Assembly: GCA_028279805.1 (NCBI GenBank)
Contig: JANQMZ010000007.1
Location: 300,001 to 332,000, forward strand
From: an archaeon
GTDB lineage: Archaea; Iainarchaeota; Iainarchaeia; Iainarchaeales; JANQMZ01
DNA: 32,000 nucleotides
Direction: 5' to 3'
In this document: piece by piece, positions 17,745 to 25,906 of the stretch
Numbering within the stretch: the first letter of the stretch is position 1
Layout: each line of letters begins with the position of its first letter
The notes under the pieces: model-generated
Told to the model about the DNA's origin: nothing
Seen by the model: only the letters and a program-made list of their open reading frames with translations
Databases searched by the model: none
Position numbers and translations under genes: made by a program

Positions 17745-20302
17745 ATTTTAGATTTTTAACAGTTTTATTTGTATTATTTTTATCAACAATGGTTTTGGCA
17801 CAGCCAAATGTTTCACTGAATGCAAGTCCTCTGGAAACAAATGTTAATCTGGACGGGCAGTTTGAGATAACATTTGATGCTGAATGTTCTGATGATAACG
17901 GATTAGAGTTTTGTTTTCTGGATTTTGGAGATTTTTCAAGCTACGAATTTGTGGGAGATGAATGTAGTACGGGTGACACACTGTGCAGCGAAACAATTGA
18001 ACACACGTATGAACCGGATGGAACTTATACGGCAACACTTGTTGCAGGAAATGTTAATTCAGATGAAAATGAAGCATCTGTAAATTTAACATTGTTACCT
18101 CCTTTAGATTATCAAATAAACACGGAAATTCTTGCAAACGGAGAAGAAGATGAATTAGAAATTGAACTTGGAGAAACCGTAACATTTGACATTTTATGTG
18201 AAGAATTATCCCATAATGATATTGATTCATGTTTGGTTGACTTTGGTGATGGAGGTTCGCATGAGTTTATCGGATTTGAATGTGATGAAGGGGAAACATG
18301 CGAACTTGAATATGATTATACTTACACTGAACTGGGAGAATACAGTGCAAGCCTTACACAGGTAAGTTCAACATCAAATGCTTATTATTTAAAGTTTTCA
18401 TTGGTCACGGAAAGCGTTACAATCAATGTTGTTGAACCGGCTCCGGAAGAACCGGAGGAAAGCACTGACATTGTTTTAACACTTGAAACACAGACAATTA
18501 TAATGAAAAGCAATGACTCTGAAGGAGTAAGCTTAAAGGTTGAAAATACATCAAACCATCAAATCAGCATGGATTTGAGTGCGAAAGGTTCGTCTGTTTA
18601 TGTTGACGGAGAGCCAAGCGTTACCGATTTAACATTAAATGGAGGAGAAAGAACAACAATAAGCTTAAACGTTGAAACAACTGATGCGCCTTTGTCAACC
18701 TATAATGTTGAAGTAAAGGCAGAATTTGATAACACTGAAACAACAGCTGATCTGACTGTACAGGTTGCGGATGAAGGAACATTACTTGTTAATGCTGTTC
18801 AGGGAACAGATGTTTGCAGAACAAGCAATGATTCAATCAGTGTTGAAGTTAAAAACAATTCAAACAAGCAAAAATTTGTAGAATTATCAGGATTAAATGA
18901 GGCATTTTTGCCTACATTCAGCGAAAAAGAATTTTGGTTGGATCCAAATGAAACAAGAACAATTGAAATGTTTGTTCATACAAATTCAACAACAGATTTG
19001 GATGATTATACTGTTACAATCAGGGCTGAAACAGAAAATGAAATTGTATTTGAAAATGTTTCATTTGAAGTTGTACAATGTGCCGGGTTTGGCGGCGAAA
19101 ACTTTAAAGTAACACTTGATTCAAGCTGCACTGCAACAGGAGACAATGATGAATTAACACTTGATTTTAAAGTTGAAAACTTGACAGATGAAGAAATTGA
19201 ATTAAATGTTAACACAATTTCAGATTTGATTACAAGCGTTCCTTTAACAATCACTGTTCCTGCAGACGAGGAAGAAATTTTTGAAATTGATGTTGAAATA
19301 AGAACAAGTGACGATAAAGGAAAACATGACATTGATTTGTATGTCTGGGATTCACAGGACACAATAACAAAAACAACTTGTGTAAATGTCGGTTCTTTTA
19401 CGGATATCTCTTTTGACCTGCTTGAAAACAATTTAATAATTGAACAGGGAAAAAATGAAGTGTATACACTGCATTTTGAAAACACCGGCAATTCAAACGG
19501 AAACGTAAAAGTAACAATTGACAATGATACTGATGCTGACACCAGATTGTCAAGCGAAAACACAAGTTCAACATCTTCAAAAGTTAAAACTTATACTGTC
19601 GACGACGATGACGAGTTAGATGTTTTTGTAAGTGTTTCAGTTCCGCTGGACATGGATACAGGAACATATTCAATTGAAGTTGAACTGACAAATACGGATA
19701 TTGAAAGAACATTTTTAAGATTTTCAGTTGTTGAACCGGGAACACTTGCACTGGAAAAAATTGACATAACTTTGTTGCCTATTACTGCAACATTAAACCA
19801 GGGCGAACAGGGAGAATTTGAATTTGTTCTGGCAAACTTTTCAACAGAGGATTTGTTTGATGCTGAGTTAAGCTTTGAAGGGCTTCCTCAGGGAGTTGAG
19901 ACAACCACAAGAACTGTTGATTTAAGAGGCAAAAGAACGGTTTCGTTAATGCAGAGTTTTTCAGTTTCAGAAGATGCAGAGCCGGGATTGCATACTGTTA
20001 AAGCAAAACTTTCAGCCGGAGACAAAGAGGTTGAAAAAAGCTTTGTTTTGGAAATAAAAGAAAAAGCAGGTTTTGCTCCGATAACAGGATTGTTTTCTGT
20101 AGTTGGTGAATTAGGACCAGCTTTAATTATTTTTCTGTTAGCAATTATATTGATTGCGCTCTTTTTAAGAGGCAGGGGAATGGACGGCCCGAGTTATCGT
20201 GCTCAAAGAGAAGAAAGAAATGAAAACAAAACAGAATCCAATTATTTGGAAGAAAGATTAATGGAAATAAAGCCTGAAACTTCAGATGAACAGACAGAAT
20301 AA
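17741..20302 (+). CDS. large surface protein: signal peptide, two PKD-like modules, about five CARDB/NEW3-like Ig repeats, C-terminal TM anchor and acidic cytoplasmic tail
   Basis: DFGDG...H.Y...G.Y PKD signatures occur twice. Repeated V-x-N-x-S/G-N...Y-x-V-x-V beta-sandwich units follow. TM segment ALIIFLLAIILIALFL-RGRG. ATGA overlap with the upstream gene. Confidence 0.85.
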   Translation: MNFRFLTVLFVLFLSTMVLAQPNVSLNASPLETNVNLDGQFEITFDAECSDDNGLEFCFLDFGDFSSYEFVGDECSTGDTLCSETIEHTYEPDGTYTATLVAGNVNSDENEASVNLTLLPPLDYQINTEILANGEEDELEIELGETVTFDILCEELSHNDIDSCLVDFGDGGSHEFIGFECDEGETCELEYDYTYTELGEYSASLTQVSSTSNAYYLKFSLVTESVTINVVEPAPEEPEESTDIVLTLETQTIIMKSNDSEGVSLKVENTSNHQISMDLSAKGSSVYVDGEPSVTDLTLNGGERTTISLNVETTDAPLSTYNVEVKAEFDNTETTADLTVQVADEGTLLVNAVQGTDVCRTSNDSISVEVKNNSNKQKFVELSGLNEAFLPTFSEKEFWLDPNETRTIEMFVHTNSTTDLDDYTVTIRAETENEIVFENVSFEVVQCAGFGGENFKVTLDSSCTATGDNDELTLDFKVENLTDEEIELNVNTISDLITSVPLTITVPADEEEIFEIDVEIRTSDDKGKHDIDLYVWDSQDTITKTTCVNVGSFTDISFDLLENNLIIEQGKNEVYTLHFENTGNSNGNVKVTIDNDTDADTRLSSENTSSTSSKVKTYTVDDDDELDVFVSVSVPLDMDTGTYSIEVELTNTDIERTFLRFSVVEPGTLALEKIDITLLPITATLNQGEQGEFEFVLANFSTEDLFDAELSFEGLPQGVETTTRTVDLRGKRTVSLMQSFSVSEDAEPGLHTVKAKLSAGDKEVEKSFVLEIKEKAGFAPITGLFSVVGELGPALIIFLLAIILIALFLRGRGMDGPSYRAQREERNENKTESNYLEERLMEIKPETSDEQTE

Positions 20303-20319
20303 AAAAAAGGGGAAAAAAG

Positions 20320-22272
20320 ATGCTGAAAAATTTTTTAATTTTTACATTTTTAGTTTTAATTCTTGGAAGTGTTAATGCAACATTTGTTGATTCACTTGAA
20401 ACAGAATCAGATTGTTTTATTCCCGCAGAAGAGCTTTTTGATTTTACTAATACTTCAAGTCAAACACAAACATATGTAATTGAAGCGGAAGGAAAAGAAG
20501 GGGAATGGATTAACCTTGAAGGGCACTGGATTGGACGCGGTGAACCTCTAAAATTTTCACTTGCCTCAGGAAAAACAGAGGGCTTATGGGCATTCATTAA
20601 ACCGGATTGCAGAACATTACCGGGAAATTATGAGATTAATTTAATTATTCATGAGGGAAGCAAAAAAATTTCACAAAAAATAGATTTTGAAGTTTTAGAA
20701 AGCAGGGTTTTAAAAATAACGCCGGTTAAAGACGAATTAAATACGGGACAATGTTCCGAAGCACAGTTTTCATTCAATGTAAGGAATATCAGCAAAGCGG
20801 ATGAATTAATTTCAATAGAAATAGAAAATTTGCCGGGAGAATGGTATAATCTGAATTCAAAAGAATTTTTTCTGAAAAAAGGCGGATTAAAAAAAATTGA
20901 ACTGGATGTTGCAGTTCCGTGCGGAAGAAGCGCGGGAGAATATGAGTTTGATGTTCTGGCAAGAATCAAGGGAACAGAATTTTTTGTCATAAAACCTTTC
21001 ACTCTTAACCTGCTTGACAATCAAAAAATTTCAATAAGCTCAGTTTCACAGCAGGAAATGTGTTCGGAAAAAAAACATGAACAAATTTTTACAGTTAAGA
21101 ATTTGGGAGAAGAAACGGATGAACTTGAATTATCTTTAACAGGCCCAGACTGGCTTTCTTTAAAAGAAACAAGTTTTTCGCTTGAAAGGGGAGAAAGCAA
21201 AGAAATAACCCTTTTTGTTGATGACAGCAGAAAAACAGGCAATTACGATTTTAGTGTGAGGGCATATTCAACCAAGTTTAACAAAACAACAACAAAGCAA
21301 ATGAAAATAAACACAGCATTATGTAATGCTTTAAGGCTTGATTCAAGTGACTTGGACAGGCAAATAGAAGTTGAAGCGGGAAAAGAAAAAGTTTACACTT
21401 TAAAAATTTCAAATCTTGGAACAAAAGAAAACAATGTAAAAGTAAGCGTTTCAGGACTGGACTGGGTTTATTTTAACCCGAAAGAATTTACAGTTCAGCC
21501 AAACACAACTGAAGAATTTTTCTTATATTTTGCACCGGTCATCGACCAGGAAGAAGGAACATATGAGGCAACATTAAATGCAAGCGGAACAAATTTTTCA
21601 CAAAACATTCCGATACAGGTTACAAGTTTTGGCGGAACAAATGCTTTAACCAAAGGAACAAGTTTGGATGCCGAATCAAAAGTTAATGAAGTGAAAACAG
21701 TTGGGGACAGGATTGTTTTGGCAGATGTTTCATTTGTAAACAACGGAGAAACAATACTTGAAATGCAAAACATTACAGCTGAAAATTTTGACACAGAATT
21801 TGAATTTACAGAACAAACATTAAAGCCGGGGGAAAGCACAACAATTCCGACAACTATTTATTTGAAAGAAGAATTTGAAGAAACCCTTTTTAGAATTCCT
21901 TTAAAAATTGAAACACAAATAGGCATGCTTGAAAAAGAATTGGAAATAAATCTTGAAGAAAAAACTGTAACTCCGGTCGGATTGTTTTCATTCGGGGAAA
22001 TAAGCAAAGACTTTATAATCGGGGCATTGGTTTTGATAATTATAGCATTAATTTTTTACACTCAGACAATCGGAAAAAAAACGCCAATACTTGATATTCG
22101 TTCAGCACAGGAAAAAAACATGGGAAATGAAAAAAATTCTGAAACAAATGAAAGCTTTGAAAATAATGATGAAATAATTGACATCAGGTCAAAAGATGAA
22201 AAAGATTCCAATCCTTTAAACCTGGGAAAAAATGTTAATATAAAAAATTCAGAGGATGAATCCCGGAAATAA
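20320..22272 (+). CDS. large surface protein: signal peptide, multiple CARDB/NEW3-like Ig repeats, C-terminal TM anchor, 70-aa cytoplasmic tail
   Basis: MLKNFLIFTFLVLILGSVNA signal peptide, repeated beta-sandwich units, and TM segment IIGALVLIIIALIFY. GGGGAAAAAAG upstream of the ATG. Confidence 0.85.
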   Translation: MLKNFLIFTFLVLILGSVNATFVDSLETESDCFIPAEELFDFTNTSSQTQTYVIEAEGKEGEWINLEGHWIGRGEPLKFSLASGKTEGLWAFIKPDCRTLPGNYEINLIIHEGSKKISQKIDFEVLESRVLKITPVKDELNTGQCSEAQFSFNVRNISKADELISIEIENLPGEWYNLNSKEFFLKKGGLKKIELDVAVPCGRSAGEYEFDVLARIKGTEFFVIKPFTLNLLDNQKISISSVSQQEMCSEKKHEQIFTVKNLGEETDELELSLTGPDWLSLKETSFSLERGESKEITLFVDDSRKTGNYDFSVRAYSTKFNKTTTKQMKINTALCNALRLDSSDLDRQIEVEAGKEKVYTLKISNLGTKENNVKVSVSGLDWVYFNPKEFTVQPNTTEEFFLYFAPVIDQEEGTYEATLNASGTNFSQNIPIQVTSFGGTNALTKGTSLDAESKVNEVKTVGDRIVLADVSFVNNGETILEMQNITAENFDTEFEFTEQTLKPGESTTIPTTIYLKEEFEETLFRIPLKIETQIGMLEKELEINLEEKTVTPVGLFSFGEISKDFIIGALVLIIIALIFYTQTIGKKTPILDIRSAQEKNMGNEKNSETNESFENNDEIIDIRSKDEKDSNPLNLGKNVNIKNSEDESRK

Positions 22273-22330
22273 ATTACGCTAAAAAGAGGGTTTGAAGAAA
22301 AAAAGAATTAAAGGCTCTCCCTCCAGAGTT

Positions 22331-22339
22331 GCTTTTTTT
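22331..22339 (+). terminator. oligo-T tract after the surface operon, with a mirror A7 tract at 22298-22304 for the convergent minus-strand gene
   Basis: GCTTTTTTT lies directly after a short CTCT-CCCTCC-AGAG hairpin. Archaeal termination commonly uses oligo-T. Confidence 0.3.
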
Positions 22340-22366
22340 AAATTCTTTAAACTCTCTTTTTATACC

Positions 22367-23521
22367 TTAATTGTTTATAAAAAAACCGTTAAACAGTTTT
22401 TCATCAATGCATGCCAGGCACTGCAAAATGCTTGAACAAGCTATTTCACCCTCAGAATCAACGCATTGCTCTGATGCTTTTGGTTTAACTGTTTCAGGCT
22501 GAGTTTCTTCCGGTTGAGGCTGTTCCGGCACAGGCACAAAAACCGTTTTAATGCAAAAACTGTTATCAGAATCCTGTGAACAGTTTACAGATTTAATCCA
22601 GATTTTGGTGTCAATATCATCAGCACCTGTTTTGTCCACACGGTCAGCTTCAATGAAAATTTTTGTTTTATGAATATCTCCAAGAATATCGTGATTAAAT
22701 TCTTTTGAAGCTCTTCCGAAATCCAGGGTTGCAACAGGAACCCTTAATTCAGTGTCCAGCAAATCATTATTCAAAATAGAGTAAGCAAATAATTTGTAAA
22801 CAATTTTATTTTCAGTAATCTCACTAACCTTAAAATCAAATTTTAATTTTAAATTCTGGGATGAATTATCTTCAGCGTCAATATCAATCACACTCCCAAA
22901 AGCCTGCGGCAAAGATTCATTAAAAGTGGCTAAAGAAAGTTTTTGGCCTGCAGGATTTTGCCTCTGAATTGATGCCTGAGTGGGAACATCCGAATGAACC
23001 CATGGAAGCCATAAAAGCAAGGGACTGGCAAGGTTTGGTTTTGCTGCTTCTATTTGAACCAAATAATTTTTTCCCATAATCTGAATTGTTTCAGAATATG
23101 TTGAAGTTTCACCAAGCTGTTTCGGGCTTGAAAGTTCAAATTCTTTTTCAATCAAATCAAAATAATAAACCTTGGTTCCTGAATCAAAAAAAGTTCCTTT
23201 GTTTCCTTCATAAGAAAGCCCAGTCTCATCCCTAAGAGTTTTGTTAACCGATTCAAAAAGGTAAAAAATTTCATTATTCCTGATTTTATTAAATTCTACT
23301 CCGTAAAAAACCAGTGCAATGTCTCCATCAGCGTTTCTTGTTAAAAATTTTTCAGAATCCAAAACAAACAATCTGTCATGAAAGCTTGGATTATTATAAT
23401 TTAATTCGTCAAAATCCAGAGCCTGTTCAAAATCTTGTTTTGAATCATAAACTGTTTCTCCGACAGCAAAGGCATTGGATAAAATAAAAAGAATTGCTAC
23501 AAAAATTAAAAATTTTTTCAT
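22367..23521 (-). CDS. secreted hypothetical protein with a Pro/Glu/Gln linker and a Cys-rich C-terminus
   Basis: MKKFLIFVAILFILSNAFA signal peptide, PVPEQPQPEETQPETVKPK linker, and a C-terminal C-x8-C-x6-C-x2-C. Confidence 0.7.
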   Translation of the reverse strand: MKKFLIFVAILFILSNAFAVGETVYDSKQDFEQALDFDELNYNNPSFHDRLFVLDSEKFLTRNADGDIALVFYGVEFNKIRNNEIFYLFESVNKTLRDETGLSYEGNKGTFFDSGTKVYYFDLIEKEFELSSPKQLGETSTYSETIQIMGKNYLVQIEAAKPNLASPLLLWLPWVHSDVPTQASIQRQNPAGQKLSLATFNESLPQAFGSVIDIDAEDNSSQNLKLKFDFKVSEITENKIVYKLFAYSILNNDLLDTELRVPVATLDFGRASKEFNHDILGDIHKTKIFIEADRVDKTGADDIDTKIWIKSVNCSQDSDNSFCIKTVFVPVPEQPQPEETQPETVKPKASEQCVDSEGEIACSSILQCLACIDEKLFNGFFINN

Positions 23522-23580
23522 TCAAAAAACCCTTTCACCGCTTTCAATTGTTATGATAATGGAATTAATGCTATTTAAAT

Positions 23581-24888
23581 TTAGCTAAAATTGGTGCAGT
23601 CAGCTGTGGAATATTGCTGCATTTTGTTAACAATTACAGGAGTGTTTGGAAATTCAGCCCATTTTTCCCTAATAGCTTTAATTGTGGTTTTAGGCGGAGA
23701 ATCATTAATGTAAAACGCTTCAAGCACGTTATAAGTGTGACTTATAGAGTCTTCAAATGATTTGAAAGAACAATGCCTTTCATCTGAATGCAAAGTTCCA
23801 GGGCAGGGCAGTGTTGCGTCTGAGTTTCGATATTCTTCATTGCCGATTGATTTTGTTTCTTTGGCTACGCCGTTCCTGCCAAAATTTGATTCAGCATGAT
23901 ATGTTGCCAAAACAAAAGCAGGGTCAATTTGTTTTTCCAAACCTTTTTCCCAAAATAATTCGCAGAATTGTGCTGCAGGAGAAGGAATTGGTGGCATGTC
24001 AAACTTGAATGCAGCTTTTTTTTGCAATTCATTGCAGATTATTTGTTTTGAAGTGCATGTTCCAAGAGTTATGTCATAATCTTCATTGATTTTTTGGGTT
24101 TCAACAACATCATTTAACGCAAACTGAACTCTGACTGTTTTTGGTTCATCATAATTAAAAACAATTTCATAAGTTTGGTTTAAAATAATGTTTTGAAAAA
24201 TGTTAAAAGCTTCTCCGTTAATTAATTTAATTTCAACATTGTCTTTTGAAAATTCCTTTCCGTGGGAATCAAAAATTCTAATTGAATTTAACAATTCCTG
24301 ATAATTTTCAACTGAATGAATTTCATCTTTTGGGTTTGACCATTGAAATTTAACTGTTCTTGTTAAAGGTTTTTCCAATAATTCAGGTTCAAGCGGAATT
24401 GTTTCAAACGGCTGTGGTTCCTCTTGTTGTTTTTCTATTTCTCTTTGACCTGGATTTATTTCAAACCATTCAACTGAAACTTTAACAGAATGATACGGAA
24501 ACAAAAACAAAAATCTTTCCTCTGAAATGCTTTCAACTTTAATTGTCGCTTCATAACTTTCCCCTTCACCCATCGGAGGAATTTTAAATTCGCATAACGA
24601 AGAGTCGCCCGAATTGATTATGATTTCTTTTGAATCAAAATTAATGCATTTTTCTTTTCCATTGTCATTTACAATATTAAAAACCGCGGAATTATCGGAA
24701 GCTGAGTCTAACACAATTCTGTATTTTCCTATTGGTTCTATTGCCTTTAATCCTAAATCAATTTCTTTTGGTGAAAAAATTAATGTGCTTAAAGTGGTTT
24801 CAGTTGAACGGATAAATGTTTTTGTTTCATCTGCAAAAACAGGCATTGTCAATAAAATCAGGCATAATATGAAAATGGCTTTTTTCAT
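23581..24888 (-). CDS. secreted protein with a C-terminal lysozyme-like (GH73 / lytic-transglycosylase-like) domain
   Basis: MKKAIFILCLILLTMPVFA signal peptide and EEPQPFETIPLEPE linker. The C-terminal block IDPAFVLATYHAESNFG...SFKSFEDSISHTYNVL resembles the E-S-x-(W/F)-G catalytic region and the downstream F-x-x-(Y/F)-x-S-x-x-x-S-I block of glucosaminidase-type cell-wall hydrolases. Confidence 0.7.
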   Translation of the reverse strand: MKKAIFILCLILLTMPVFADETKTFIRSTETTLSTLIFSPKEIDLGLKAIEPIGKYRIVLDSASDNSAVFNIVNDNGKEKCINFDSKEIIINSGDSSLCEFKIPPMGEGESYEATIKVESISEERFLFLFPYHSVKVSVEWFEINPGQREIEKQQEEPQPFETIPLEPELLEKPLTRTVKFQWSNPKDEIHSVENYQELLNSIRIFDSHGKEFSKDNVEIKLINGEAFNIFQNIILNQTYEIVFNYDEPKTVRVQFALNDVVETQKINEDYDITLGTCTSKQIICNELQKKAAFKFDMPPIPSPAAQFCELFWEKGLEKQIDPAFVLATYHAESNFGRNGVAKETKSIGNEEYRNSDATLPCPGTLHSDERHCSFKSFEDSISHTYNVLEAFYINDSPPKTTIKAIREKWAEFPNTPVIVNKMQQYSTADCTNFS

Positions 24889-24953
24889 AAAATAATAATT
24901 GTTTTGATGTTATTTAAAATTAGGCTTAAAATGGGCACAAATTAGGAAAAAGG

Positions 24954-24961
24954 TTTAATAT
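24954..24961 (+). promoter_or_regulatory. TATA-like TTTAATAT preceded by an A-rich BRE-like tract, upstream of trxB
   Basis: GGAAAAAGG then TTTAATAT, centred about 34 nt upstream of ATG 24992, which implies a very short leader. Confidence 0.3.
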
Positions 24962-24991
24962 TGGTTTTTTCTTTAAAGAATAAGTGGTAAA

Positions 24992-25906
24992 ATGAAAGAT
25001 GTTATTATTGTAGGGGGGTCAGGCGCAGGAGTTACTGCAGGAATTTATGCAGCACGTTCCGGCTTGGAAGTTTTAGTTATTACTGAAGATTTTGGCGGGC
25101 AATTACTGGAAACAGAGTTTGTTGAAAATTACCCAGGATTTAAGCATATCAGCGGCGTGGACCTGGCTAAAGCATTGGAAGAACATTTGCGGGAATATGA
25201 AAATAAAGGTGTTGAAATTTTGATGCCTGATAAAGTGAAAAAAATTGAAAAGCTCGGAGAAAAACATTTCAAGGTTTTAACAGAACAGGGAAAAGAATTT
25301 GAAAGCAAAACAGTTATTGTTGCAAGCGGAATGAAAAGAAAAAAATTAAACGTGCCGGGAGAAGAAGAATACAAAAATAAAGGCGTGTTTTACTGCGGAG
25401 TTTGTGACGGGCCGTTGTATAAAGGAAAAGTTGTGGCTGTAATCGGTGCGGGATATGCAGGCGTGGAGGATGCCTTGTTTTTAAGCAACATTTGCGAAAA
25501 AGTTTTCTTGGTTAACTGGGGAGAAGAATTAGGCGGAGAAGAAATAACCAAGAAAAAATTATTGCAGGTTAAAAATGTTGAATATGTTAACAATGCTCAG
25601 ACAACTCAAATTTTAGGGGACAAATTTGTAACAGGATTTAAATATAAGGATAGAAAATCCGGAGAAGAAAAAGAAATAAAAGTTGACGCGGTTTTTGTTG
25701 ACATTGGACAACTCCCAAACACTGAATTTATTGAATGTAAAAAAACTGAAAACGGTGCAATAATTGTTGATAAAAACAATATGACTTCAGTTGAAGGATT
25801 GTTTGCTGCGGGAGATTCAACTGATGCTGCAAAAGCTCAGCTTGTTATATCTTCAGCTGAAGGAAGCAAGGCAGGACTGGCTGTTGCAGAATATTTAAAA
25901 GAATGA
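24992..25906 (+). CDS. trxB: thioredoxin-reductase-like flavoprotein (low-Mr TrxR family), NADPH-binding motif not conserved
   Basis: FAD site VIIVGGSGAGVTAG, redox CGVC (C135/C138), and C-terminal GLFAAGD. GAGYAG and NWGEELGG replace the canonical GGGNxA and HRRDxFRA. Confidence 0.85.
   Translation: MKDVIIVGGSGAGVTAGIYAARSGLEVLVITEDFGGQLLETEFVENYPGFKHISGVDLAKALEEHLREYENKGVEILMPDKVKKIEKLGEKHFKVLTEQGKEFESKTVIVASGMKRKKLNVPGEEEYKNKGVFYCGVCDGPLYKGKVVAVIGAGYAGVEDALFLSNICEKVFLVNWGEELGGEEITKKKLLQVKNVEYVNNAQTTQILGDKFVTGFKYKDRKSGEEKEIKVDAVFVDIGQLPNTEFIECKKTENGAIIVDKNNMTSVEGLFAAGDSTDAAKAQLVISSAEGSKAGLAVAEYLKE

Noticed and set aside
19006-21839. Minus-strand ORFs within the two large surface-protein genes (19006-19563, 19398-19580, 20649-21020, 21021-21242, 21495-21839)
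   Set aside because: They are antisense shadows of Glu/Asp/Thr/Asn-rich coding frames, giving Ser/Phe/Val-rich peptides. They have no independent start context or motifs.
17598-21993. Equating the P-x-T-G-L/F-F-S pre-anchor motif with the known PGF-CTERM archaeosortase signal
   Set aside because: The residues and spacing differ, with 8-16 aa between motif and TM. Two proteins continue into long cytoplasmic tails, and no archaeosortase gene is in the window. It is kept only as an open hypothesis in findings.
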